From NCBI GenBank assembly GCA_944391395.1, contig CALXTI010000002.1:1-64000 (forward strand): 64,000 bases of DNA. Direction: 5' to 3'. The position numbers and the translations under genes were made by a program. How positions within the stretch are numbered: position 1 is the stretch's first letter; the number at the start of each line of letters is the position of its first letter. This DNA comes from an uncultured Alphaproteobacteria bacterium. Lineage in GTDB: Bacteria > Pseudomonadota > Alphaproteobacteria > RF32 > CAG-239. This document shows positions 30,278 to 39,695 of the stretch, in pieces. The notes below the pieces were generated by a model. It had not been told where the DNA came from, ran no database searches, and saw only the letters and a list, made by a program, of their open reading frames with translations.

Positions 30278-30408
30278 TTATATGTAATTTTGTCAAGCTT
30301 GTTTTCGTCCAAATTTCAAAATTGTTTGTCGGGCTTTGATTTTTTTACGAAAATTAAAGAATAGCGATGTATCATCATAAAAACAATTTTTTTAGACGGG
30401 GAAATTTT

Positions 30409-31896
30409 ATGCTGCTTTTAAAACATTTGCCGATTCATTCATTTAATGAAAATGTTGCCTATGTTAACAAAGAATGCACGGCATACAAAGTTGATGACAT
30501 TCGGACGATTACCAGGGTGGAAATTCACGGAGGTGCGGTTCCGGTCGGGGCGTTTTTGCACGTCGTGGAAGACAACAAACTGGTTAAACCAGGCGAATTG
30601 GCTTTGAATACTGAGGCTTTTCGCGCGCTTGGTCTTCCCGAAGGGGCGAGAGTTTCTCTGGTCTTGACCGAAAAGCCGCAAAGCCTGTCAATCGTGCGCA
30701 AAAAAATTCGCGGCGGCGTGTTGGGTTTGAACGAATACCAATCCATCATCAATGACATCAAAATGCGCCAATATGCCGATATTGATGTTGCAGCATTTCT
30801 GACGGCCTGCCATTCGTTTTTTACGCCGGCGGAAGCTGTCGCATTGATTAAAGCCATTGCCTCGGAAAGAAATTTGTTTTGGGATGAGGAAGATATCGTA
30901 ACGGATAGTTATACACTGGGCAATGTTCCGGGCAGCAATACGGATGTGGTGGTAACTGCCATCGTGGCGGCGTACGGCTTACCCATACCAAAAACCGTGG
31001 CTTTTGAAAACGGCAACGGCGGAGTGTCGGGCATTATGCATATGTTTGCCGATATTGATAAAAAAACGGTGGAATTGCAAAAGCTGATTAAAGAGAATCG
31101 GGGAGCGGTCGTCAATGACAATATTTTGTCGGCGTGGCGCAGCTTGTCGGTTTTGCGTTCGGTCAGCCGTTATCTGGATTTGGATGATGAGTTTTTTGCC
31201 GTGGTGGAAATGCTTGCGGAAAAAATTTCAGCCGGTGTGACGCATTTGGTGGTGGACATACCGGTAGGACCAAATTCGTTGATTAAAAGCGCCCGACGGG
31301 CTGTTTACATGCGGAAGTTTTTGGAAAGCACCGGCGATTTGCTGAATGTTCGCATTGACGTGGTGGTAACCGACGGTCGCGAACCGATTGGTGCCGGCGT
31401 TGGTGCTTTGTTGGAAGCCCGTGATACAATGCAAATTTTGCATAACAAAGAAAACGCTCCTAAGGATTTGCGGGAAAAAGCGTTGTTCTTGGCCGGAAGA
31501 ATCCTGGAATTTGATCCCAAATTGCGCGGCGGGCAGGGGTATAATGCCGCCAAAGAGATTCTGGCTTCCGGTCGGGCGTTGGATGCGTTCGAAAAAATTG
31601 TTAACGCTCAAGGAAAGACGGTGTCGGTTGCCGATGTCGGCATGCTCAGCCGCGATGTTTTGGCGCAGTCAAGCGGAACAATTTCGGCGATTGATAACAA
31701 AATTATTCAAAAAATCGGTATGTTTGCCGGTATGGCGCAATATGCCGGCGCTGGTTTGTATTTGATGAAAAAGAACGGCGACAAAGTGGCCAAAGGCGAT
31801 GTTTTGTACCGGATTTACGCCTGTGATGCCGGCGCATTTGCTTTGGCGAACTCGTTTGCCGAAGCAAATTGCGGTTACGAAATCAGCCGGGATTAA
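30409..31896 (+). CDS. Thymidine/AMP phosphorylase-family protein (glycosyl transferase family 3 with an N-terminal extension). The ORF-track start is 30367.
   Basis: C-terminal PYNP_C-like KKNGDKVAKGDVLYRIYA. Size and architecture match the putative thymidine phosphorylase family of about 500 aa. Confidence 0.65.
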   Translation: MLLLKHLPIHSFNENVAYVNKECTAYKVDDIRTITRVEIHGGAVPVGAFLHVVEDNKLVKPGELALNTEAFRALGLPEGARVSLVLTEKPQSLSIVRKKIRGGVLGLNEYQSIINDIKMRQYADIDVAAFLTACHSFFTPAEAVALIKAIASERNLFWDEEDIVTDSYTLGNVPGSNTDVVVTAIVAAYGLPIPKTVAFENGNGGVSGIMHMFADIDKKTVELQKLIKENRGAVVNDNILSAWRSLSVLRSVSRYLDLDDEFFAVVEMLAEKISAGVTHLVVDIPVGPNSLIKSARRAVYMRKFLESTGDLLNVRIDVVVTDGREPIGAGVGALLEARDTMQILHNKENAPKDLREKALFLAGRILEFDPKLRGGQGYNAAKEILASGRALDAFEKIVNAQGKTVSVADVGMLSRDVLAQSSGTISAIDNKIIQKIGMFAGMAQYAGAGLYLMKKNGDKVAKGDVLYRIYACDAGAFALANSFAEANCGYEISRD

Positions 31897-31902
31897 TTTT
31901 TG

Positions 31903-32538
31903 TTATTGTCCATATCTATCGCCCATTGGCACACTCAACCAAATGTTGCAAGTTTTGGCGTCATCACAGAATTGGCAAACTTCGTGTATTTCAGACAAAC
32001 TGGCTGATGACAAACATTTTCCTATGTGACAATATGTGTTCCCATAAAAACTGCTGCTTTCGCTGTAATCGGAATTTTCTCCTGCCGTTTTGGTCATGGC
32101 GATGCGAAACAAATCTTCAGAAAATCCCTTGCTGGTTTGATATACATTTTGGCATATTTCGGCAGCGGAATCAGAGCTGATGGCATACGAAATTCCCATT
32201 GTGAGTCGGGTTCCGTCATCTTTAATACCATTGGTGGTTAAGAGAATTTTGTTGTTAAAAGCATCATAAAGATAATCGGAACTATCTTTATCCATATTTT
32301 CCGGAACAAGTCCGAGTTTAATAAAATAATTCTTTAGACGTACGGTTCCTTGAACGTTTTTCCATTCATGACGATATTGAATGAAACCGACCAGTATGGA
32401 GTTTAGTTGCTCCGTTTGTTTGTTGAGCTTGTATTTAAGCATGGCCTTGGCATAACCCGACATCGCCCCGACGCTTAATACTCCTATGATTGCTAATACA
32501 CCAAGCATTTCGACCATACTTCTACCATTTTCCCGCAT
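31903..32538 (-). CDS. Pseudopilin-like protein, paralog of 31-624. Leader MRENG, then RSMVEMLGVLAIIGVLS. Cys-rich C-terminus.
   Basis: Same N-terminal motif. GGGAGAAAA ribosome-binding site before the ATG at 32538. Confidence 0.55.
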   Translation of the reverse strand: MRENGRSMVEMLGVLAIIGVLSVGAMSGYAKAMLKYKLNKQTEQLNSILVGFIQYRHEWKNVQGTVRLKNYFIKLGLVPENMDKDSSDYLYDAFNNKILLTTNGIKDDGTRLTMGISYAISSDSAAEICQNVYQTSKGFSEDLFRIAMTKTAGENSDYSESSSFYGNTYCHIGKCLSSASLSEIHEVCQFCDDAKTCNIWLSVPMGDRYGQ

Positions 32539-32757
32539 TATTTTCTCCCAAAATTGCAAAAAACACCTATTTTCCCGATATTCTAAACCGTTTTTTTTTT
32601 TTGCAACTTTAAAGATTCTCCGCCCAATCTTTTCTTTATCCCAGGTTGTGGTTCTTATTATAACTTCTTGTTTTTTAGGATTATGTTTTTTTAAAGCATA
32701 AAAAGCTTTTTCACCGCTGAGGCGTTATAATGTTGGTTTTGTTTAAAAGTATTTGTT

Positions 32758-33414
32758 TTAGTGGTAATTACGGATAATGGAGCTCAAAACACCTTGAACT
32801 TTAACGCGTTTGGCATCAAGTTTACGCGTTTCGTAATCTTTATTGCAAGGAACAAGCCAGACTTCCGATCCTTTTTTTTGCAGAATTTTTAAGGTGGCCT
32901 CGGTGTTATCTACCAATGCAACGACAATTTCACCATTTTCGGCGTTGTCGGTTTTTTTTATCACGGCCGTATCTCCGTCCAGAATTCCGGCGTCTTTCAT
33001 CGAATCGCCTTCTATGCGCAGGGCATAAAACTGACCGCGGGCGACCATGTTGTACGGAATCGAAAGCGTTTCCGTCCGGTCGGCAATGGCCTCAATCGGC
33101 GTTCCGGCGGCAATTTTGCCGTAAAAAGGGATTTCTGCGGCGGCATGTTGTAAAGCATTCTCGCGTTTTTTTTCTTCTTCTAAGATGGCTCTGGGTTTGA
33201 ATTTCGGCATTCGGATAACTTCAAGTGCACGGGCTTTGTGCGGAAGTTTGCGGATAAACTCACGTTCTTCCAAGGCGTTAATCAAAGTATGGATGCCGGA
33301 TTTTGATTTTAAGCCGATGGCGTTTTTCATCTCTTCAAAAGAGGGAGAACAACCGGTTTCTTTGGTGGTTTTGTTGATGAAAAGCAAGAGTTTGTACTGT
33401 TTTTCGGTTAACAT
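32758..33414 (-). CDS. lexA: LexA repressor
   Basis: N-terminal winged-helix domain, Ala-Gly cleavage region and the S24 peptidase motifs GDSM and VWLVP. Confidence 0.9.
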   Translation of the reverse strand: MLTEKQYKLLLFINKTTKETGCSPSFEEMKNAIGLKSKSGIHTLINALEEREFIRKLPHKARALEVIRMPKFKPRAILEEEKKRENALQHAAAEIPFYGKIAAGTPIEAIADRTETLSIPYNMVARGQFYALRIEGDSMKDAGILDGDTAVIKKTDNAENGEIVVALVDNTEATLKILQKKGSEVWLVPCNKDYETRKLDAKRVKVQGVLSSIIRNYH

Positions 33415-33438
33415 CGGCGCCTCTGTTTGGTTGATTTT

Positions 33439-33453
33439 GTTCTAGTTTAGTTC
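33439..33453 (-). promoter_or_regulatory. Alphaproteobacterial-type LexA box GTTC-N7-GTTC, 25-39 bp upstream of the lexA start
   Basis: gttctagtttagttc sits in the lexA/lysS divergent intergenic region. Confidence 0.6.
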
Positions 33454-33579
33454 TTTTTATGCGCTTGTCAACTTTTTTCTTGTTATTTAAAAATGGTCTT
33501 ATTTATATAAAATGAGTTGAAAAATATGAATCATGCTTTTATAATCGCAAACCGAAAGTTTAATTATAGGTGAAAGATA

Positions 33580-35055
33580 ATGTCAACAGAAACAACAAAT
33601 ATTCATCGCGAGTCAAGATTAGCCAAACTGAAAACACTGCAGGAAAAGGGGTATAATCCATATCCGTACAAATTTGAACCCAACGCATATGCCGCGGATT
33701 TGCAGGAAAAATATAAAGACCTTGAAACCGGCGCCGATACCGAAGACCGGGTGACCATCGCCGGCCGCGCCATGGCCGTGCGTAACAGCGGCATGTTTAT
33801 TGATTTGAAAGATAAATCAGGAAAAATTCAGGTTTTCTGCCATAAAAATCATTTGCCGGAAGAAGATTTGGAGCGTTTGAAATGTTTGGATGTCGGAGAT
33901 ATCGTCGGTGTAACCGGGTATATCCGCCGGACACCCAGGGGCGAACTTTCGGTCGCTGCCGAAAAATTTGACATTATCGCCAAGTCTTTGCAGCCGCTGC
34001 CGGAAAAATTCCACGGTTTGACCGATGTTGAGGCGCGTTATCGCCAACGTTATGTTGATTTTATCATGAATGACGACAGCCGCAAAATTTTTGAAACAAG
34101 ATGCCGGATAACTTCGGCCATCCGCCGCTATTTTGAAGAACACGGCTTTTTGGAAGTGGAAACGCCGATGCTGCACCCGATTATGGGCGGCGCCAATGCC
34201 AAACCATTCATTACACATCACAACGCGCTTGATATGGATTTGTATTTGCGTATTGCGCCGGAACTTTATCTGAAACGTTTGGTGGTCGGCGGTTTTGACC
34301 GGGTTTTTGAAATCGGACGAAACTTCCGTAATGAAGGCATTGATAAGAGCCATAATCCGGAATTTACGGCTTTGGAAGCTTATCAGGCTTATGCCGATTA
34401 TAACACCATGGCCGAGCTTATTCCGGATTTGTTGGCATATGTCGCCAAAAGCGTTTTGGGAACAACGGAGGTTGAATTTAACGGTCATAAGATTGATTTG
34501 GGCAAACCGTTTGCCCGCAAGTCTATTGTTGACCTGGTTAAAGAGTACGCCGGTATTGATTTGATGCAGGCTCAAACCCTGGAAGAAGCGCAAGCCATGG
34601 CCAAATCCGCCGGTGTGGATGCTTCCGATTGCACTTCCTGGGGCAAAGTGGTGCAAGAAGTTTTTGATGCCAAGGTCGAGGCTAATCTGATTGATCCGAT
34701 TTTGGTGATGGATATGCCGCGCGATGTTTCGCCGTTGGCTAAAACACATCGCAGCAATCCGCGTTTGGTGGAACATTTTGATGCATATGTTGCCGGTATG
34801 GAAATGGGGTGCGCTTATTCCGAACTTTCCAACCCGCTGGAACAAAAAGAACGATTTGAGGCTCAGGTTGCCGCGCGCGAAGCCGGTGATGACGAGGCGC
34901 AAATGCTTGATGAAGATTTTGTAACGGCTTTGGAAAACGGTTTTCCGCCGTCAGGAGGCATGGGTATGGGTATTGACCGTCTGGCTATTTTCTTAACCGG
35001 TGCGGAAACCATCCGTGACGTGATTGCTTTTCCGACTTTGCGCAAAAGGGATTAA
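33580..35055 (+). CDS. lysS: Lysyl-tRNA synthetase, class II
   Basis: Class II motifs FRNEG and GMGIDRL. Confidence 0.9.
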   Translation: MSTETTNIHRESRLAKLKTLQEKGYNPYPYKFEPNAYAADLQEKYKDLETGADTEDRVTIAGRAMAVRNSGMFIDLKDKSGKIQVFCHKNHLPEEDLERLKCLDVGDIVGVTGYIRRTPRGELSVAAEKFDIIAKSLQPLPEKFHGLTDVEARYRQRYVDFIMNDDSRKIFETRCRITSAIRRYFEEHGFLEVETPMLHPIMGGANAKPFITHHNALDMDLYLRIAPELYLKRLVVGGFDRVFEIGRNFRNEGIDKSHNPEFTALEAYQAYADYNTMAELIPDLLAYVAKSVLGTTEVEFNGHKIDLGKPFARKSIVDLVKEYAGIDLMQAQTLEEAQAMAKSAGVDASDCTSWGKVVQEVFDAKVEANLIDPILVMDMPRDVSPLAKTHRSNPRLVEHFDAYVAGMEMGCAYSELSNPLEQKERFEAQVAAREAGDDEAQMLDEDFVTALENGFPPSGGMGMGIDRLAIFLTGAETIRDVIAFPTLRKRD

Positions 35056-35060
35056 AAAAT

Positions 35061-36086
35061 ATGGCAAGCAAGTGGCAAAGCTGTTGGAATGTCGTGGCTC
35101 CGTATTTTTCGGCGGGGCTTTTGGCTTTGCTTTTGCTGCTGTTTTTTGTTGCCGGGATTTTTGTCGGATATTTGAAGTTTAAGCCGGAAGAAAAAGCGCC
35201 GACATCGGCGGTGTTGGTCTTGCCCGATGAAGAACTGAGCGAAGAATATGTTTCGGAAGATGCCATCGGTGATTTTATTTTGCATCATGAATATTTTGCC
35301 GCTGATCCGGAAGTGTTGGAATCCGCGACCGTTCTCGATGAACCGCATGTAGAACAGGTTGAAAACAATCATCAGCGGATTATTCTGAATAAACTCGAAA
35401 CAGATGTGCCGTTGGTGGCGGTTGTGATTGATGATATGGGGATTAATCAGCCGCGCAGCAAGGATATTATCTCTTTGCAGGCGCCTTTGACATCTTCTTT
35501 CTTAACATACGGCAAAAATTTGGCGCAGTTGGCGGCGGAGGCCAAGGCGGCCGGGCATGAAATCATGATTCATGCGCCGATGGAGCCAAAGGTTAGGGCA
35601 AATTTGGCGCCGGATACTTTGATGACGGATATGGATGCGGCGACTATCGGCAATATGTTTGGAAACATGCTTAATCGTTTTGAAGGCATTGCGGTTGGCG
35701 GCATTAATAATCATATGGGAAGCAAATTTACCGAAGATAAAGAAAAACTCGGGGTTGTGATGAATATCTTAAAACAACATGATATGTTTTTCTTGGATTC
35801 AAAAACGACGGCTTCGTCTAAAGGCGAAGAGCTGGCAATGGAAGACGGGGTTAATTATGCTGCACGCGATGTATTTCTGGACAACGAAAATGATTATGAG
35901 TATATCATGAAACAGCTTGAGTTGACGGAAAAAATTGCGCAAAAAAAAGGATTTGCCGTGGCAATTTGCCACCCCAAAAGCCAGACTTATTTGGCTTTGA
36001 AGGAATGGTTAAAAACCTTGGGAAGTAAAAATATTGAGTTGGTGCATGTCAGTGAAATCGTGCAGGCAATCAATACGGCGCGGTAA
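35061..36086 (+). CDS. Divergent polysaccharide deacetylase family protein (YibQ-like) with an N-terminal transmembrane anchor
   Basis: VAVVIDDMG...APLTSSFLTYG...HAPMEP segments. Confidence 0.75.
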   Translation: MASKWQSCWNVVAPYFSAGLLALLLLLFFVAGIFVGYLKFKPEEKAPTSAVLVLPDEELSEEYVSEDAIGDFILHHEYFAADPEVLESATVLDEPHVEQVENNHQRIILNKLETDVPLVAVVIDDMGINQPRSKDIISLQAPLTSSFLTYGKNLAQLAAEAKAAGHEIMIHAPMEPKVRANLAPDTLMTDMDAATIGNMFGNMLNRFEGIAVGGINNHMGSKFTEDKEKLGVVMNILKQHDMFFLDSKTTASSKGEELAMEDGVNYAARDVFLDNENDYEYIMKQLELTEKIAQKKGFAVAICHPKSQTYLALKEWLKTLGSKNIELVHVSEIVQAINTAR

Positions 36087-36172
36087 AAAATAATTTTTTT
36101 TAAATAAAATGCAAAAAAGTTCTTGACCTAATCAAAAAATACCTTTATATATGCCTTTGTCTTAAAACATGT

Positions 36173-36247
36173 GGTCCCATCGTCTAATGGTTAGGACATC
36201 ACCCTTTCACGGTGGTAATATGGGTTCGAGTCCCGTTGGGATCACCA
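36173..36247 (+). tRNA. tRNA-Glu (anticodon TTC)
   Basis: GGTCCCATCGTCTAATGGTTAGGACATCACCCTTTCACGGTGGTAATATGGGTTCGAGTCCCGTTGGGATCACCA. Anticodon loop is CTTTCAC. Confidence 0.85.
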
Positions 36248-36251
36248 ATAC

Positions 36252-36290
36252 AAACGGCAGGTACAAAAACTGCCGTTTTGCTTTATTTTC
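36252..36290 (+). terminator. Rho-independent terminator after tRNA-Glu (aaacggcag...ctgccgttt followed by a T-rich tail)
   Basis: Seen directly. Confidence 0.6.
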
Positions 36291-36482
36291 CAAGACTTTC
36301 AGCGAGTTCGAAAGTCGTATTTTTGAAAATTGCAATTTGGGAAGTTTTTACGAACTCGTTTATAAAAAAGTCTTTATTTTTTAATATGTTGAGTAATTTT
36401 GAATTGCGCTCAATTTTTGTGTATAACCAGCAATTTGGTTTCTTTTTTTATTTTTTAGTATATAATTAATTGAGGAGTCACT

Positions 36483-36986
36483 ATGAAGATTATAAACATT
36501 AATGGGCCGATGAATGCAGGAAAGACAACGATTTCAAAACTGCTGGTTTCGGAATTGAAAGTAGCGTTGTTTATAGAGGTCGATGATTTGCTTTCTGATG
36601 AAGAACAAAAAGTTTTAGGGTTAAGCAGAGAAGAAGGATGGCGTGAAAGGATTAAAAGACTTAATACGATTCTTAGCCAAGAGAAAGAAAAAGCTCAATA
36701 TGAATATATAATTTTTGCTTATCCGATGACTGAAAAACTTTATTGGCAGTGGAAATCATTAGAAAATACCGAAACTGCGTTTATTAATATCACATTAGCT
36801 CCGCAACTTGAGATATGTTTGCAAAATCGTGGTGATAGAGAACTGAATGATAAAGAAAAAGACAGAATAAAAGAAATGTATCAGCAAGGTTATCATAATT
36901 CTGTTTTGGCTGATTTAATTATTGATAATAGCGCGCAATCGCCTAACGATACCTTACAACAAATTTTAGCGTTTTTGGGAAAATAA
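36483..36986 (+). CDS. Small P-loop kinase-like protein (AAA_33 / chloramphenicol-phosphotransferase-like fold)
   Basis: Walker A ININGPMNAGKTTISKLL at the N-terminus. Size about 167 aa. GAGGAG ribosome-binding site. Confidence 0.55.
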   Translation: MKIININGPMNAGKTTISKLLVSELKVALFIEVDDLLSDEEQKVLGLSREEGWRERIKRLNTILSQEKEKAQYEYIIFAYPMTEKLYWQWKSLENTETAFINITLAPQLEICLQNRGDRELNDKEKDRIKEMYQQGYHNSVLADLIIDNSAQSPNDTLQQILAFLGK

Positions 36987-36987
36987 A

Positions 36988-37458
36988 ATGATCGTCAGAA
37001 AGTTTAAAAAAGAAGATTTAGCGCAAGTGTTAGAATTATGTCGTGAAGTCAGGCAACATCATATTGATATTCTTAATGGTTATTTTACACAGCAAGATGA
37101 TCAATTTGAGCAACTTGGATTTCTTCAATCGCTTGAAGATGATAAAATGTGTGCTTTAGTTGCGGTTAATGATGATATTGTTTGTGGTTATTTGTTGGCT
37201 GAGAGGAAGTATTCGCCTTATTTAGAAGGTGCCAATGTTGTTCATATTGCTAATTTTGGTGTACAGAAAGATTTACGAGGTAAGGGTATTGGAAAAGAGT
37301 TGATGAACGCATTATTTGAAATATGTAAACAATGGAATGTGGATGAAATTCGGCTTGGGGTGTTTAATAAGAATGTTGATGCGTATCATTTTTATGAACA
37401 ATATGGTTTTGAACCGTTTGAACAACGAATGAATTTGCAGATGAAGAAAAAATTATAA
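36988..37458 (+). CDS. GNAT-family N-acetyltransferase
   Basis: VQKDLRGKGIGKELMNALFE acetyl-CoA-binding motif. Confidence 0.75.
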   Translation: MIVRKFKKEDLAQVLELCREVRQHHIDILNGYFTQQDDQFEQLGFLQSLEDDKMCALVAVNDDIVCGYLLAERKYSPYLEGANVVHIANFGVQKDLRGKGIGKELMNALFEICKQWNVDEIRLGVFNKNVDAYHFYEQYGFEPFEQRMNLQMKKKL

Positions 37459-37475
37459 TTTTTAGCTCGGAAGCT

Positions 37476-37527
37476 GTGAGTTAAGCATCACCAATAAAAA
37501 ACCTCTCTTGAAAAGAGAGGTTTTTTT
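37476..37527 (+). repeat. Copy 1 of the short repeat GTGA[G/A][T/A]TAAGCATC...AAGAGAGG, here fused to a complete hairpin terminator (aaaaacctctctt-gaaa-agagaggttttttt)
   Basis: Matches 38141-38175 and 38929-38966. Confidence 0.6.
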
Positions 37528-37697
37528 GTTGACCCTAGGGGCTCGAACCCAGGGTTCGTTCAATTCCGACTATGTTTCGCCGCGCAGCGCTGCCGCTTGC
37601 CTGCTCAAACAAGTCTCATTGCGTCTCCTTAAAAAAAACTTTCCCCGGAAGTTTTTTTGCGGCTGTCCGTTGGAATCACAAAAAAACAGAAGCTGTT

Positions 37698-38054
37698 TTA
37701 AGGCTTCTGTTTTGGAGATTCTGTTGATGCTTTTATAACAGGGAGAATGCAAGTAAAAGACAAGGTGAAAGCAAATGTTGCCGTTGCTATTGTTTCAAAG
37801 AGTCCCGTATAAACCCCAAGCATTCCTTCCGTTGCCATAAAGGCAAAAAGCACGCCTGAAAAAATCCAGCCTATCCCGGCATCGATAAGTTTCTCAGGTT
37901 TTATAAAAGCCAGCACTATTCCTAAGGCTGTAATTACGGCTACAAAGAAAATGATGCCTTTCCAATTAAACTCATGTGCTATTGATAAGCCCCATGCTAC
38001 AAAAAGTGTAAATAAAGGAGCCATTAAAATTAACAATATTTTTTTCATACGCAT
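37698..38054 (-). CDS. Small integral membrane protein (about four transmembrane helices)
   Basis: Hydrophobic profile of the 118-aa ORF. Confidence 0.45.
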   Translation of the reverse strand: MRMKKILLILMAPLFTLFVAWGLSIAHEFNWKGIIFFVAVITALGIVLAFIKPEKLIDAGIGWIFSGVLFAFMATEGMLGVYTGLFETIATATFAFTLSFTCILPVIKASTESPKQKP

Positions 38055-38140
38055 AAAAATTTAAATTATACAATAATCCTAATTTTGTATCATTATAGGC
38101 AAGTTTTTTTTATATGTAAATGAAATTTATTTTGAAAATT

Positions 38141-38175
38141 GTGAGATAAGCATCGCTTTTTAAGAGAGGTTTTTA
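38141..38175 (+). repeat. Copy 2 of the GTGAGATAAGCATCGCTTTTTAAGAGAGGTTTTT repeat
   Basis: Direct sequence identity with copies 1 and 3. Confidence 0.6.
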
Positions 38176-38179
38176 GATG

Positions 38180-38860
38180 CTAACGACAATGTTTTCGGAT
38201 TATTGCCGTTAAAGGTATTGTCCTTTTATTTGGTGTTTTCTTTCGTTCGTTTAATTCAAACAGCAAATCTTCTTTACACTGTTTTATTCTTTCATAAATA
38301 TTGGTGCGCAATTCTTCTTTTTTATCTGATTTGCATTTTAGCAGTAATTTTTCCACCATGTCGTCAACATTATTTGGTCGGACGGGTGGCGGAGGATTGT
38401 TTCTTGATTTTTCGGCGGCTTGCGTTATTTTTTCTTCCGGTAAAGTTAGGTTTTTATTTCCGCCATTCACATTAGGGATACAGCCAACAATGTATTTGCT
38501 ATCTACCGTTCCTTTTATGAGACTACCATATTTTTTCAGCAAACAAAATTCATCCATCGGTATGTCAAAAACGATTTTTGTGTCGGCATACCGCGCATTA
38601 TCATAACATGAAAAATCATCATGACGCATGCTTTCCCAAAACGAAGTTTCATTATAAACGGAGACCATTGATGTAATGTTTGAATAAGAACCGCCTTTTT
38701 GTAATGAAGATAAATGTGCGGCGTTTCTATTAAAAACAAGACCGTTTTTTTTGATACTGTTTACATGATCTTTATATAGACAGCGATGCACCAAACGAAC
38801 CCATCCTTTTTTCAGAGAGGGCAGGGTTTCTAATTTGTCGTATTGTTGCGCATTGTCCAT
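38180..38860 (-). CDS. Hypothetical protein of 226 aa with an internal poly-proline stretch (NNPPPPVRPNN)
   Basis: ORF with no recognised domain. Bracketed by direct copies of the short repeat. Confidence 0.5.
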   Translation of the reverse strand: MDNAQQYDKLETLPSLKKGWVRLVHRCLYKDHVNSIKKNGLVFNRNAAHLSSLQKGGSYSNITSMVSVYNETSFWESMRHDDFSCYDNARYADTKIVFDIPMDEFCLLKKYGSLIKGTVDSKYIVGCIPNVNGGNKNLTLPEEKITQAAEKSRNNPPPPVRPNNVDDMVEKLLLKCKSDKKEELRTNIYERIKQCKEDLLFELNERKKTPNKRTIPLTAIIRKHCR

Positions 38861-38928
38861 ATCGTTTCTCCTTTAAGCTGATAATAACATAAAAATATAA
38901 TTTAGTCTATTGAATTGGTTTGCAAACC

Positions 38929-38966
38929 GTGAATTAAGCATCGCTTTTAAAGAGAGGCATTTTTTA
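38929..38966 (+). repeat. Copy 3 of the GTGAATTAAGCATCGCTTTTAAAGAGAGGCATTTTTT repeat
   Basis: Direct sequence identity. Confidence 0.6.
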
Positions 38967-39151
38967 ATTCGGACGAGATTTTTTGCTCTGTTTTTGTTTG
39001 TTTTCCATTTATAAAAACGGTTGTTAAATTGATGTAAGATTGAAGTCCGTTGGTTGATTTAGTTTTTTTCTTTTGGTGATGCCGGTCAACCCTAATATTA
39101 AACTTGATTTGTTGAAATAAATTCCATACGATGTAAACCAAGGAGTTGGAT

Positions 39152-39610
39152 ATGAAAAAAATATTTTTTATTTTATCTTGTTGCATCATTGTTTCTCAAG
39201 CTCATGCCTATGTTAATTGTTATGAAGATGGTTATGGAAATAGGAATTGTTACGGAACGAATTCTGACGGAGACTTCGTAAATATTCGTTCTTCCAGAGA
39301 TTCTTTTGGAAACACCAATACGTTCGGCACCATAGGCGATGACTTTATGGACACACGTTCTTCCAGAGATTCTTTTGGAAACACCAATACATTTGGCACA
39401 ATAGGCGATGACTTTATAGATGTGCGTTCTTCCAGAGATTCTTTTGGAAATACCGATACGTTTGGCACCATAGGCGATGATTTTATAAACACACGTTCTT
39501 CCAGAGATTCTTTTGGAAATACCAATACGTTTGGCACCATAGGCGACGATTTTATAAACACGCGTTCTTCCAGAGATTCTTTTGGAAACACGACCATATA
39601 TGACTTTTAA
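39152..39610 (+). CDS. Secreted protein made of a signal peptide plus five tandem 20-aa repeats (RSSRDSFGNTNTFGTIGDDF)
   Basis: Signal peptide MKKIFFILSCCIIVSQAHA. AGGAG ribosome-binding site. Repeats are visible in the translation. Confidence 0.65.
   Translation: MKKIFFILSCCIIVSQAHAYVNCYEDGYGNRNCYGTNSDGDFVNIRSSRDSFGNTNTFGTIGDDFMDTRSSRDSFGNTNTFGTIGDDFIDVRSSRDSFGNTDTFGTIGDDFINTRSSRDSFGNTNTFGTIGDDFINTRSSRDSFGNTTIYDF
39287..39600 (+). repeat. Five near-identical 60-bp tandem repeats that encode the protein repeats
   Basis: cgttcttccagagattcttttggaaacaccaatacgtt[c/t]ggcaccataggcgatgactttat... reiterated. The antisense ORF 39250-39597 is an artefact of this repeat. Confidence 0.85.
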
Positions 39611-39695
39611 TAATTAATTTAACGAAATACAACATATAAACTTTGATATTATATTTTGCCTTATGATAAATTGAGAAACGGTAATACATGTGTGA

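Noticed and set aside
33817-34902. 361-aa ORF on the minus strand
   Set aside because: It lies entirely antisense within lysS. It is a shadow ORF with no ribosome-binding site and no recognisable sequence.
37530-37600. tRNA-like fragment (ggggctcgaacccagggttcg)
   Set aside because: It contains a T-loop-like GGTTCGAnCC core, but no acceptor stem, CCA context or cloverleaf can be built. It is possibly a degraded tRNA or att remnant, and I left it unannotated.
39250-39597. 115-aa minus-strand ORF with its own internal repeats
   Set aside because: It is an artefact of the 60-bp tandem DNA repeats. The plus-strand gene has a signal peptide and a ribosome-binding site.
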